From: Cycas panzhihuaensis
Lineage: Eukaryota; Plantae; Cycadophyta
DNA length: 64,000 nucleotides
Reading direction: 5' to 3'
Assembly (NCBI GenBank): GCA_023213395.1
Contig: CM041465.1
Location: 155,813,741 to 155,877,740, forward strand
Part shown: one piece after another, positions 27,013 through 40,983 of the stretch
Layout of the letters: the number at the start of each line of letters is the position of its first letter
How positions within the stretch are numbered: position 1 is the stretch's first letter
The notes under the pieces: generated by a model
The model's database searches: none
The model's input: the letters and a program-made list of their open reading frames with translations, nothing else
Told to the model about the DNA's origin: nothing
Position numbers and translations under genes: made by a program

Positions 27013-29818
27013 CCATCATCTTGGAAAATGTCCCATTTCGTTGGAAGTTCTCAACTTTCCAAAGCATAACATTTGGCAATGACTCCTATACCACCCTTTT
27101 TAATGAGCCTATCCATATAATGTGAGTTGATGATTTAGGTTGGAGGAGGAATGATCCTATTCAATTGATAATTGATTCCTTTAGAAGTAAATCATATGAA
27201 GGGCTCTTGCATATTTAGTTGAATGGTCCTTAGTGGTTTGAGCCATTGTACCCCTAGTACAATATCAACTTCTCCAATAAGAATGGAATACATGGAAGTG
27301 GAGAGGTGATAGTTACTGACTTATAACTTGATGTTATGGCATTTTCCTCTATAAGAGAGTGTTTGTCCATTAGCCACTATAACCTGGAAAATTTTGACAG
27401 GATATGGAAAACAATTAAGTTTTTTAGTAAGTTTTCAATTTATAAAATTATGGGTACTCTTAGAATCTATGAGGACATCTACTTTCATTTTCTTGATGTA
27501 CCTAATAAGTTTGAGTGTTTATGGGACTGCAATTCCAATAAGGGCATGCACAAATATAGTAGTAGTATCTTTTTCTCCCTCTTTAAGTGCGTCATAATCA
27601 TTATTTTCTAGCTTTAAGGAGGCTTCCTCTATTGGTTTATCATCTTGGACATCCTCAATGATGAATAAGCATCATTTATGACACTTATATTCTTTATTCT
27701 ACTTTTAGTTATAATAAAAACATAACCCTTTAAACTGTTTCTCATCCATCTCTTGGGAAGTCATCCATCACATACCAGGAATCTAAAATTGTGGTTGCTT
27801 TTTCAAGAATGTTCATAGGAGGGGTCAGGATACCTTATTTTTTACATTAATATATCAAGCACAATTCATAGTTATAGAGATGCTATTAGGTTTTAGAAGT
27901 CACAGCTTATGTTTGATGTCATCTAGTAACCCACCAATATATAACTCAAGTAATTTATTCTGACAAAGACCATCAACCCTTGTGGAGAGATACTAATATT
28001 ATGAGATATAAACTGAAATAGTACCCTCATGTCTGACTTTAGCTAACTAGTTAAAGGGGTCATGATCCTAGTTACTCTCATATTAAGCTGTAAGGTCCTT
28101 AACAAACCCCTCCCATTGATAACTAAACTCACTTATTTTCATAACCCATTGGTACCATTAGTAGGGTTTAGTTTCCATATATAAAGAGATAAGAGGGATC
28201 TTATTATTAGTTGGAACTTAATAAGGAGAAAAGTATTGTTCTATTTAAGCAATCTAAGTACATACATCTATACCATTGAACTTCTTAATTTCTACCTTGG
28301 GAAAGAAGTTAGGACAAAAGCACCTGTCGTCATTATCTTCATCTTCTTTAACGAAACAACCCCCACCTATATGACTAATGTCATCAAATTCAATATTTTC
28401 TTTCTTAAAATGTTTCATGGCTATAAACTCTAGCACTACTACTTCAATTTTTTTATTGAAGTTAATTTATATTTGCAATATATCTCCTTAAAATTGTATG
28501 ATAACATCATTGAGATCTTGAGTCTAGTTAGGGTTCACCTTAGGGACCATTTGTTTATAAGACCTAAGCTGAATCCTAGTTGGTAAATGTGAACAAAAAG
28601 GGTTTGATGGGGTGTTTATAAACTATCATCCTTAATGTTTTATAATGAGGTAATATATATTTTTTTTGTGCTTTTTTACTTTTTTTGTATTTTTAGTTTT
28701 TTGAGTCCACTAATTGACTGATTGATTATGTGCACATGAACTGACGACAAACTGGTTAGACACATTAGATTTAGTAAATTAATGATGACTGATTCACTGA
28801 CTGACTCAGTGCATACAAACTATTAATAGACTGACCAGGCACACTAGGTTTGGGATTGTCTAGTTTATAGGCCATCTGATATATTAATCTTAATCATAAA
28901 TAGTATTAACTTATAAAAGCTAACGCTTTACTCTACAGTTATACTATCCCATCTTTAGGGTACATGGAGAGTAACTTCTTAGAGCTAACTGCTTATTGGT
29001 ACCTTACAAATTACAGATAGCCAATAGGTTTTCTATAGTTACCTATACTAGGAAGGCCTATTTACGGGGTCCTCCTATATACCTCCAAGTACATAGAGGC
29101 ACAATTCTGTAACCAAATTTTGCCTAATACTTGATTCAAAAGTGTAATATGTAGTCTTTTATGCAAGGGATGAAAAAGTCATAATGTGCTTAGCTCAAAA
29201 TAATAGATCTTTGTGATATTTATAGACCCCAACACAGGGTCTCTAACTAAATACAAAGAAAAAATTGCATGGTGGCAGTGTTAGGGTAGCTATTCGATTG
29301 CAGTGTTATCTACCCCCAAAAAGTAAAAGGAACTAAGCAAAAATTAAAATGAGAATAATTACTGATAGGAATAAAAACTAATAGAAAAAAATTGACTATT
29401 CAATACCTTTGACTCTCCCATTAGCTATGGATCGACCACTCTGATACCACTTCTTTAATGATAATTGCATATTAGCACAACACCCAAATAACTCCAAATA
29501 TAACACTTATATTGCAATAACCTTCAAAGAGATAATCTTCTAATTATATGCTATAACAATGATATTCAAGATACTCAACTCGAAGAATTATATAAATATA
29601 TATATCACTATATGGTCACTACACAACCTCCTACTTATGCATGTAGGATATTACATGAATATATATAGTGCTTAATAACTATTACATAACCTTTTACTTA
29701 TGCATGTGGGATATGAAGAAGAGGGAAGAAGTATAGGAAATAGAAGATACAAGAGAATATAAGAGAGAAGAAGTAAAAAATAAAAGAGAATTTAAGTTAG
29801 GGGTTTGGATCCCTAACA
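27013..29818 (-). mobile_element. Truncated Ty3/gypsy chromovirus-type element H (5' LTR, PBS, gag, protease)
   Basis: Gag PKVEIKKFNG..IEQYF..WYQW and KGLCF..KC; protease end VDIVLGVQWL; PBS 29438-29449; LTR ~29452-29818 ending CTAACA. B integrase resumes at 29819. Confidence 0.82.
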
Positions 29819-30535
29819 CCTACTTTGAATTAAGCTATGGATCATTTCCATGAAAGTTCTGTTTATTCATTATATTATACTATTTAATTAAAATGCATAT
29901 GGAGTGGTTATTTGTTGACGTATTCTATGAATTCTACAAAAAAATAAAAATTCTTTAGATGTGTATTCTCCTTTATCACTAGACCAAATACATTTTAATT
30001 TATTGTTGCTTTCTACCTTTGCTTCAACTTTAAATTTTTGAATTTACCAAGTGTTTTTAATTTGTTATAAAGAAAGTATATGCAGACTCTCCTAGAGAAG
30101 TTATTAATATATGTGCAAAAATATTGTACTCCATTGAGTGAGCTTGGAGTAATAGACCCATAGAGATTTGAATGTACTAGCTCTAATTTACATTGTGCTC
30201 ACCACACTTTTTTGAAATAGAAATCTATGTTATTTTCCTAACAAATAGCTTTTATAAATAAAAGAAACAAATAATATATTTGGAAGCCCATTACCTATAT
30301 TAAAAAATTTTAATAATTCTAATCTATTAGTTGAGATATATCCATATTTTAAATACTAGAGTTTGTTATTATCAATATTTGAAACAACAAAGGACTTTAC
30401 ATCTTTATTTTAAGCAACAGAGATGGGAATAGAAAGTAGTTTATAAAGATCATTATTTTCTATACCTTTTACTGCTACTATTCTTGCTCTTTTCATATCC
30501 AAAATATGTTAAAACCTATTTTCATCAGAGATAAT
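29819..30535 (-). pseudogene. Copia B GAG-pre-integrase and integrase core
   Basis: LELVHSN, INNFSRRVCIYFL, SDKGEYTSKEF, MNKQNFHGN (decayed RMNRT..EM region). Confidence 0.8.
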
Positions 30536-31093
30536 TGTAGCAATCTTATAAAATTCTTCAAATGACTCTACAATTATGGTTGATAAAGAATCCCGCTTTG
30601 AGGCGAGGTGCCTCCACAATGCTCCCAAAAGGGCCAAAAATACTGTAGTCCAAGACTTCTCCTATCATGATCAAATGAGGCTATAAATCCTCCTTAAATA
30701 GGTGGCCAAAAGATAGTAATAGAAGTCAGCCAAAAAAGGGGAAAAACTTGCCCAAAACTAATACTGGAAGTCAGCCAAAACATCTCCAAAAATAGGGTGA
30801 CTGAAGTCTTTAAATGATCATAACTTTTGATATAGATAATGGAATTAACTTTTGTCTGGACCATTGGAATCATCATTTAGAGACCTTTAATTTGAATGGT
30901 CATAAGCTATATTTTTGACCATATTTTAGAATGCTACAATTCCCCTCCCTTTAAAATAATACTTTGCCCTTGCAGTCTTGAGAAATGTATGTAACTCAGT
31001 ATAATCTTCTAACCACCTCCTACTAGATCCTATAGGTTGTGAAGTTTTGAATGGTCATAAGCTATATTTTTGGCCATATTTTGGAATACTACA
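30536..31093 (-). mobile_element. Collapsed Ty3/gypsy element I: one full LTR, PPT, ~100 bp of pol 3' end, and 49 bp of the other LTR
   Basis: TGTAGCA...TGCTACA LTR 30536-30938; PPT 30939-30950; 31045-31093 duplicates the LTR end; TSD ataat/acgat. B coding sequence is continuous across it. Confidence 0.83.
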
Positions 31094-31883
31094 ACGATTC
31101 TCAATTTTTTCTTCTCAAATTAGGAGATAGATAGAAAATTTTTCTTAAAACTTGGGACGAAGAGCATATTAGTAAATTTTAATACATTCCTTTTGATTTC
31201 AATTACTATTACCTTAATACCTTGAATGTGAAGGGGATATTTATTCCCTAATTCCATTGATTTATTAAGAAAATATGGCTTTCAAGATTCAAACCATTCT
31301 TTCTATCATGTCATGTGATTGGATGCTCTAGAGTCAATGTACCTGATATTTGCATCTCTGGTGCTTATGGCAAGAGTAACTACGAAGGCTGTCTCTTCTT
31401 CTTCAAAAGCACTTTTCTCTTTGATGTAATTTCCTGCAAGTTATTTTCCTCTATGGATTTAAGCTCACCTCTTAGAGCACTAGTACAAATAGTATCCTCC
31501 TTGTCCACACTGATACCACATATCAAAAGCTTGATAACTACTGGGAAAGTGTCTTGATCTTCCATAATTGAAACAAACCCTAAAGTCTCTTGGGGGGACT
31601 GATCTTCCTCTACCTCTCATTTCTTATCATCTTCCTCTATATTGATCTCTGGTGTCAGGTGCCTAGGTATGATCTGTGAAGGAAGGTTACCCTAATTCTC
31701 TAGTTCTTAAACTCATTTTAGACAAGAATGCTTCTTTCATTTCTAGTTATTCCTTATATCTTTTATTTCTTTGTTCTTATCTTAGTAAAAGACTAGTTAG
31801 AATCTCAAATGTCATTATTATAGTTTGATTATTATTGGTTATGGTATTTACTATATTATCAAATGAATTTGGAAGCTTATTGA

Positions 31884-34800
31884 TGTTAAAGGTAATGTTT
31901 TATCTAGGACATATAATTCTCTTTTGTAATGTAATGATAAGGGTCATGTATCGTTCCCCTCTTTTCTCATTTGATGACAAGTGGAAGACATGTATTAAAC
32001 TCTCCCTAAGTCTCATACTAATTGTGACATATTTATAAAGGGTTTACTGTCATTAATGATCATTAGCTTGAGATCTTTTACATGGTATCAAAGTGGGGAG
32101 AAATTGTCCAATTAGAAAATAAATTTGAGTTTAAATCTTCACAAAGAGATCAATAAGGTTCCTGAGATAAACCAAAGAAAATTAGTCTAACATATTAAAA
32201 CTTTGATAGAGAATATTAACAAGCAAATTGAGGGGTGAATCAATTTTAAAGCAACCCAGAGGTAAAGTATGAATGAAAGGACATTGTATAGCATATGTAT
32301 GGATTTTGTACGGGTGAAGATAATCCAAAGTGCTTAAAATTTCTTCAAAATTCACTAATGAAGTCACATCAACAAGGCCATCACATTTTTATAAAGGCAC
32401 CATCATAAATAAGCACATTTTAACAGTGTTGGCTACTTTTTAAAGGGTGCGGGTTTGAGAGCAAATTCATAATTTTTTCATTTTTATTACAAATCTCTAG
32501 GTAATACTTGAATTAAATTAATCTCCTCTTCATTACAACTCTTTCAAGACTAGATTTTAAGCATATATCAAGAGATTTTCTTTGTTTGAAGCATTTTTTC
32601 TTCAAAACCCTAGCCATTAGTTTGGGTTTATTTCATAGTTTTTAATTAAACCAAGCATTTTCTTGAAAAAATAATTTTAGATATGAGATCCTCGTATCGA
32701 AATCATTCTTTTTGACCCCTTATTTTTAAAATCTATACATCTACAATTTTTTGTACTTTTCCATATATTGTATGACTATATGGCCCTAAATCTTAACACT
32801 TCACTCCTTTTCCTCTGTAATAAATACAACATGGCCTTATCTATTGTAGCCCTTCCTAAAGTAGACAAGATGACAAAAACCAATTTTATCTTTTGAAAGA
32901 TTAAAATTAAAGGAATTCTAAAAGCAAAACATGCCTTAAAAAAATTATTGATTAGTCAAATTAAGAAAAAAAGAATAGTCATGTTATATCCATTGTTAAA
33001 TTCTCAATTTCAGCCTCTCTCTTGAATTATGTAGATGGCATTGAAAAATCCTCTCAAATTTAGAAGATAGTATCTTAAGTGTTTACTCAAAAAAATAAGG
33101 CAAGGATAATTGACCTTAAAGAACTTTATAAACTCAAGATGAGAGAATGTAGCTAGTTTTTGACTTTATTACTAAGTTGACCATTGCTAAAAATAATCTT
33201 CTTATCATAGGTGAAAAAATAACTAACACAAAACTTATCCATCTTGTGTTGAACAAATTACCTAAATCATACAACAACATACTAATAAGAGGAGGATAAA
33301 TCACAATAATAACCTTCGATGCTTTTATAGGACATATGCTAAGTCAAGAACAAAGAAATAAGAGATGTTAGGTAGAAGGAAGAGACAAATCAAGATCCAC
33401 TCCTCCAAGAGATTTAAGAGTTCGTTTTAATCATAAAAAAATTAGGTCACTTCTCAAGTAACTGCAGAGCATTTGATATTTGTTATCACTATGAAAAAGC
33501 TAGACATTTTTCATACCAGTGTCTACAAAGGCATGTAGAAATTAAAAGAGGGAAGTAAATCTTAGGACATTACAACAAAGAGTAAAATGTGGCATAAGAT
33601 GAGATTGAAACTACCTTTGTAGCCACCTTAGCTACTAGGTGTAAAATAATAAAAGACTACTATGTCGACTCACAAGCTTCTAATCATATGACTAAGAGGA
33701 AGGAATGGTTTGGAGTTCTAAAACTATATACTTTCAATAAATTAATTGAGTTAAGAGATAATTTTTCTCTTTAGATAAAAGGAATAGGAATAATTATTGT
33801 GGATATTGATGGAAAATTTTAAAAAATTAGTAATATTCTTTTTGTACCTTGGATGAAAAAAAATCTTTTGTTAGTATCTGAGTTAAGTAAAAAGAAACCA
33901 AGAACCATATTTAATGAAAATGTTCATTATTTCATTTTAGATATGAAAAAAAATGACACTATAATAGCAAAAGGAATAAAGTACAATAGTCTCTATAAGT
34001 TGCTCTTTATTCCTATTGTTCTTGATAAAGGATCTACCATGACTACACGTAATGTAAATTCACTTGCTGTGTCAAGCAATGTTGTTAATAAAATGTGGCA
34101 TTTGAAGTATGGATACATCTTATATGATAGATTAGAAATGTTAAAAAATTCAAGAATGGTGAATGGATTACCAAACATCTCCTTTAGTTCCTTTGTGTGC
34201 AAAAGTTATATGTTGGGAAAATAACACAAGACTCCTTTCTCAAGAAGCACATGGCAAGTGCAGAATAAATTGGATCTAATTTACTCAGACCTCTATGATC
34301 TTATCATATTCAACTCAATAAATGGTGTTTGGTACCTTTTTACTTTCATTAATGATTTTTCTAGAAAAACATAGATTTACTTTCTATTGAGCAAATCAGA
34401 GGTGCTTGATTACTTTAAAGAATTTAAGGCAAAAGTAGAATTATAAAGTAATAAAAAAATCAAATGTGTTTGTTTTGATGGTGGAGGGAAGTTTATATCC
34501 AAGGAATTCCTTCATTTTTATAAACCTCATGGAATTTACAGAGAAGTAACAACACCTTACTTATCACAGTCAAATGGCATAGTAGAAATGATGAATAAGA
34601 CCATTTTGAAAATGGCATGGTGTCTGATACGTGATAAATAAATCACCAAAACATATTAAGTAGAAGCAGTAAATACTACAGAATATCAAATCAACATGAG
34701 TCCAACTCAAGCATTGGATAAGTTCACACCTGAAGAAGCATGGACTAGATAGAAACTAGATATAAGTAATTTAAAAGTTTTTGGTTGTAAAGTTTATAGT

Positions 34801-37016
34801 GATATTCCAGATAAGAAATGAACCACACTGGACAACAAAAGCATAGAGCATAAAATGGTAGGTTATAATAATCGTTCAAAAGCATATAGGTGCTTAGACC
34901 TAAAAACCAACAAGCTATATGTAAGTCAGGATATAGCATTCAATGAAAGCATATATTGTAGCAAGAAAATATGGCAAGAAATAGAAACAATAACTGACAT
35001 CTCTATAAAGTTAAATATAATTGCTTCATATAAAGAATTAGAAATTACCACAGAAAATATTGATTCAAAAAGAAATTCATTAAATAAGGGACATCTAATA
35101 ATTTCTAGGCAGATCATTCTACCATTCTGACATAAGAAGAACCAAGGTCAATACAAGAATAATTGAGTTCTAAGAAGATACTAAAATGGTATCTTAAGAC
35201 TTTTAAAGAAGTAATAGGAGAGGTGTTTGAATATAGAATGAGATCTCAAAGACTTCAAGCACTGATATGTTCCATTAAGCCCAACACATTTGAAGAAGTA
35301 AATCAATATCCAGTGTGGAGAATAATAATGGATATTGGAATAATAACTATTATAAGAAATGAAATCTAGGAATTGGTTGAAACCCTAGAAGACAAACTCA
35401 TTGTAAATTGCAAATGGGTATACAAAATAAAAGAAAGGTTAACTAGAGAAGTTGAAAAATATAAAATAAGATTGATGGCAAAATGCTACACACAAATGAC
35501 TGGAATAAACTATAGAGAGACATTTTCACCAGTCGTAAAATTAAACACTTTGAGAACAATAATCTCAATAGTTGCTCAATAAGAATAGAAAATTTATTAG
35601 CTTGATATAAACAATGCATTTTTAAATAGAAATCTTCAAGAAGAAGTTTACATGCACTGACCTAAAGGTTATATCAAATTTGGATAGGAAAAGCTAGTCT
35701 ACAAGCTAAAGAAAGCTTTGTATAGGCTTAAACAAGCTCCAAGAGCTTCGTATATAAAACTAGATAAGTATCTCATTTAGAACAATTTTCATAGATGTGA
35801 GTCTGACCCAAACATATATGTAAAATTTAACAAAGGTTTAATTTTAATTATCGTTATATATTTAGATGATATACTACTCACAGAAAGTGATGCAGACTTA
35901 ATTATTTCCATAAAAAACTAGTTAGAAAAAGTTTTTGAAATGACTAATCTTGGAATATTATACTAATATCATGGAATTGATGTAACATAACTAAAAGATT
36001 TTCTTGTTTTATCTCAATCAAAATATATAAAAAATATGTTGAAAAAATTCAATATGGAAAACTATAATAGCTCTGTCACATCTATGGAAATAAGATATAC
36101 TTTAAATTTTGATACAGACGAACAAGCTATTAATGTAATAATATATAGACAACTGGTTAGAAGTTTGATTTATTTCACTTCTACCAAACCATATATTTCC
36201 TATTTAGTTAGAGTAATTTTTAAATTTATACAAGAACCAAAAATGTCACATTAGAATGCTACAAAAAGAGTTTTTAGATACTTGAAAGGAACAATACATC
36301 TAGGCCTAAATTATACAAAAAAAAATAACATGTAGTTGATAGGCTTCAAGGATTCTAATTGGGTAGGAAACAAAGTAGATAGAAAGTTTACATGAGGATA
36401 CTACTTCTGCTTAATGTCAACACTAATATCTTAAAGCAACAACAAGCAATACATAGTAGCCTTATCATCTACAGAAGCAAAATATAAGTCAGTAGTGAGC
36501 ATAATATGTACAGCAATCTGGATCAAATAATTGTTCAAAGACTTGGGTCAAGAAAAAAAGACACCTACCTTGTTATTCTGTGATAATCAAAGCATGATAA
36601 AAAATGACCAAAAATCTAATACTTTATGTAATCACAAATCATATAGAAGTTCACCATCATTTTATTAGAGAAAAAATTTAAAATAAGGAAATTAAACTTC
36701 TGCACTGTCCCTTTGAAAATCAAACTATTGATATTTTTATAAAACCACTAAGCAAAGACAAGTTCCAATTTTTTAGAGATAAACTAGGGATAAACTAGAT
36801 AAAACATTAAAAGAGGGTGTTAAAGATAATGTTTTATCTAGGATATATAATTTTCTTTTATAATATAATGATGAGGGTCATGTATCATTCCCTTATTTTT
36901 TTATTTGATGACAAGTAATAGACATACGATAAACTCTGTCTATATCTTATACTGATTATAACATATTTATAGAGGGTTCATCATCATTTATAATCATTGA
37001 CTTGAGATCTTTTACA
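31884..37016 (+). mobile_element. Full-length decayed Ty1/copia element J (5.1 kb, 199-bp LTRs), related to host B, opposite orientation
   Basis: LTRs 31884-32082 and 36818-37016; perfect TSD ATTGA; PBS TGGTATCAAAGT 32083-32094; PPT 36809-36817; all copia domains in order. Confidence 0.96.
32831..36798 (+). pseudogene. Degenerate copia gag-pol of J (gag, PR, IN, RT, RNase H)
   Basis: YVDSQASNHMT, WHLKYG, FINDFSRKT, SNGIVEMMNKT, CKWVYKIK, LYRLKQAPRA, IYLDDILLT, LSSTEAKY, DIFIKPLSKDKF. Confidence 0.94.
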
Positions 37017-37021
37017 ATTGA

Positions 37022-37470
37022 CAATCATTTACACAAGTTCCAATTCTAGAAGGTTTGTTCCAACACTAACCAAATCATTTCTAATGGATGTAATCTTGTG
37101 AACAAATTTAAAAACATACACACTCTCTCATATAGAGTTTATAGAGTTCTTCTTTTAATGCTACTATTATGACTTCATTCTTTTGACTATAAAGATTAAC
37201 ATACACTTTTCAGATTTCTTCGAAGTTCATTCCTTTAAAATATAATAATAAAGAGTTCAAAATAGATAATTTTAATGTTATTATACCAGAGTTATTCCTA
37301 TCATTCCAGTTGGGTTAGTCAACAACATTAGTAGGCCTCTTCTCCTTCCCAATAGCTGTATCTTAAGCATTTTTTGCTGTAAAAAGGATTTTAATTTTTA
37401 TCTTTTAGATGTGATAGTTCAGTGCAATAAGTTTATCTGATTCACTCAAAGCCAAAATAGAGGAGGCCAT
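37022..37470 (-). pseudogene. Copia B gag N-terminus
   Basis: ATG 37470 MASSILALSESDKL..NYHI*KIKIKILF, similar to J gag MALSIVALPKVDKM..F*KIKIKGIL. Confidence 0.82.
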
Positions 37471-38189
37471 CTTAAAAAAAAGAAAAAAAAGAGTCAGATA
37501 TTAATAGAATAAGTTTTAGATCTTAAGACAAACTAATCATACGATTGTATGAAATTTTGTACAAAGGTATAGGTGTATGAAATATAATGAAACTAGGTGC
37601 AAATGAAAGATCTTAGATTGTAGATTTTGAATATATAATAATTTTTAGGATTTTTTTTTTTTTACTTAAAAAATACCCCAAAAGTTGAAATGTACAACTA
37701 AGGTTTTTTGGAGAAATCACTTAAAACTTGATGAAACTTTTGTCAAATCTTTTGAATTTACATATAAAATCTTTGTTATAATTAGAGGAAGATATTTAAA
37801 TAAGATTTACCCAAATTAATTGAGTGAATCGAAAGAAATTTGTAGATTTGTGCTTAAACCCATGCAAAGCTTAAAAACGTGCAAAACACCATGAAGATTA
37901 TCAAATCTCAAGTTGAGCCTTTGGGAAGAAGTGACATACTCTTTAAAATAAGCTTAATGGTCAAATTTTAGTGAAATCTAGGTACTTTGAAATTTTTAGA
38001 TTTGTACAAGTTCGTACAGTTTTGTATCGTTGTTCGTACATATTTATACTATGGAAAAAACTTATTCTTCAATGTCTTCTTTATTCTTCAATGTCTACTT
38101 TGAGACTTTGGTGAATAATAATGATCACTAGAGAACTCACTTCTAGTCTTATCTCAAAAAATGCTATCAGAACTCCTACTTTAATACCA

Positions 38190-38393
38190 TTGAAACAATA
38201 TTCGAAGAATGAGAATAATTCATTGGTGTTTCAAGAGATGATCTCTCAATAAGTACAAAGAGATTTAATAACCATTTATTACATATAAGCCACTTGTCAT
38301 CCTTACAACAAAGAGAGATTGCCACATAACCTTCATTAGTTAACTATACAATATAAGGTACATTAATATCCTAGATAAAACATTATTTTAATA
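38190..38393 (-). repeat. 5' LTR of B
   Basis: Pairs with 15405-15608; degenerate PBS adjacent. Confidence 0.93.
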
Positions 38394-38398
38394 GATTC

Positions 38399-40983
38399 CA
38401 TAGTGATCAATAGATAACAATTAAATGCTAGTTTTTCATACCTCATACAAATGATATACTAGATATATTGGTAGGTGCTTTCTAATTTTTAAAGATCGAT
38501 CTTAACTGTGTGTATTATTAAATTCAAATTTGTAAAGGGGGTGAGTGGAAAACAACTTTTAAGACAAAGGACAGATTATATGAATGACTAGTCATGCCAT
38601 TTGGCATATTAAATGCTCTAAGCACATTCATGAGATTAATGAATATTGTGCTGCAACTATTCATTGGTAAATTTGTAGTTGTGTACTTTGATGATATTTT
38701 CATTTTTAGTAAGACTAAAGAGGAGCACTTAATGTACTTAAGGATGGTACTTGAAGTATTAAGGAGGGAGAAGTTGTATGTAAATATGAAGTAGTGCAGG
38801 TTTATGCAAAGGAGCCTAGTATTTCTGGACTTTATGATTTCACAATAGGGATTGCAAATAGATGAGGAGAAGATTAAAGCAATTATTGAGTGGCAAACAC
38901 CTAAGATTGTAATAAAGGTAAGATATTTTTATAATCTAGCTCAGTTTTATAGAAAGTTCATTAGGAACTTTAATGGAATTATTACACCCTTAATAGATTG
39001 CATAAAGGACCTAACATGGACTAGGGAAGCAGAAAATAACTTCTATCTCTTAAAATAAAAAGTAACTGAAGAACCTATACTTTCACTGCTAAACATTGGA
39101 AAACTATTTAAGATCAATTGAGATACTTCACATTTTACAGTTAGAGTAGTGCTCAATGAAGAAGGAAAACTTATAATATTTTATAGTGAGAAGCTTAATG
39201 AGGCAAAACGAAGGTATTCAATATATGACTTGGAATTTTATGCGATTATCCAAGCTTTGAGGCATTGGAGGCATTACCTTATATTTAAAAAATTTATCTT
39301 GTTTACTGATCACCAAGACTTGAGGTATGTGAATACCCAAAGGAAGTTAAATGCTAAACATCTAAATGGGTGTCCCATTCATAAAACTTTATATTTTTTT
39401 TAAAGTATAAATCAGGTAAATAGAACCATGTTGCTGATGCATTGAGTAGGCAAGTGTCATTATTGACCACCATGGCAAATGAGGTGGTAGGATTTGAAAC
39501 CATTAAGGATTTGTATAACTTAGACCTTGATTTTGAAAAACATTGTTAAGTAATATAAGAATCCTCTAATTGAAGGACGTGGTTGATGATTGCTTTATAT
39601 AAAATGGCTACTTATTTAAGAGAGGATAATTATACATTCTAGTAGAGTCTATGAGGGAGAACATCATATGAGAGTTGCATAGTGGAGGTCTTGGAGGGCA
39701 TTTCGGTTGAAACAAGACCATATCTTTAGTAGAAGAAAAGTATCTTTGGCCTCGAATGAAGAGTTATGTGGCAAGATTTTTGACATACTATGTGATATGC
39801 TAGATGGCCAAGGGATATGCACATAATATTGGATTATATATATGCCTTTATCAGTACTTGAAGGACCATGGAATTATTTGAGCATGGGCTTTGTATTGGG
39901 ATTACCATATATTCAGAGGTAATGATTTAATTTTTTGTGTTGTTGATTATTTTTAAAAAATTAGTTTATTTTGTTACATGCAAGAAGATAAATGATGTAG
40001 TTATTATATTATATTTATTCTTTAAAGATGTTGCAAGGATGTATGGCATTTCGAAGACTATCATTTTAAATCGAGATGCAAAGATTTTGAGTCATTTCTA
40101 GAAGACTTTATGGAAGAAGCTAGGAATAAAAGTCTAGTCTAGTAGTGCCTATTATCCATAGATTAATGGGTAAACTAAAGTGGTGAGTAGAGGTTTGGAA
40201 ATCCTACTAAAGTGCATTATTAGAGAGAAGTCCAAATAGTGGGATTTGGCATTGGCTTAGGCAGAATTTACATATAACATTTCTGTGAATAGGTCAATAT
40301 ATTAATCATCTTTTCGGGTTGTGTATGGAAGAAACCGTAAGGGTGTGTTGGATCTAATACACCTAGCCATTGGGGAAAATATGAGTAATGATGTAGAAGC
40401 TTTTGCAGAATATATATAATAGATTCATAAGAAGGTGAACAAAAAGTTATAGAATAACAATAAAAAGTAAAAGGAAGTAGTAGACATGACTTACATATAT
40501 AAGGTATTTAAAGAAGGTGACTTGGTAATGGTTTACTTGAGAAAAAATAAAATTTTCCAAGGAACCTATAACAAGCACAAATATAAAATGGTTAGACCAT
40601 ATCAAGTTATAAAAAGGATCAATGACAATGTGCATGAGGTAAATCTGCCTAAACACTTTGATATCTCTTCTATTTTTAATGTTTTAGATCTATATGCATA
40701 TCATGAAAGAGATGAAGAAATAGATTATGAAGGTGAAGTGGTGAGTTGAGAGCTCTAAATACCAAAGAAAAAATGAGAAGAAATTGCATAAGTGTTAGAT
40801 ATAAAGATAATGAGTATACAATAGGGAAATTACAATAGGTACCTAGTGCATTAGAAAGGTCTGCTACAAGCAAACAACACGTGGATCACTGAAGAACAAC
40901 TAAAGTGGTTAAGTCTTGACCATAGCAGAAACTTTATCATAATAACTCATATGGGTATATAACTCTTTTTATCCTAGGGAGAA
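38399..40983 (+). pseudogene. Ty3/gypsy element G pol: RT, RNase H, integrase, chromodomain
   Basis: [29 protein letters not shown]; YSIYDLEFYAIIQALRHWRHYL..FTDHQ; ELHSGGLGGHFG; GDLVMVYL..PYQVIKRINDN; YLVH*KGL..NTWITEEQLK. Motifs resemble CRM-type chromoviruses. Confidence 0.93.

Larger units (their letters stand above)
15405..38393 (-). mobile_element. Ty1/copia element B (204-bp LTRs) carrying five nested insertions (D, C, H, I, J)
   Basis: LTRs 15405-15608 and 38190-38393; TSD aattc/gattc splitting the gypsy RT motif VDS-RAINK; PBS 38178-38189; PPT 15609-15617. Coding pieces: 15628-15943, 22450-22579, 26166-27012, 29819-30535, 31099-31883, 37022-37470. Confidence 0.92.
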
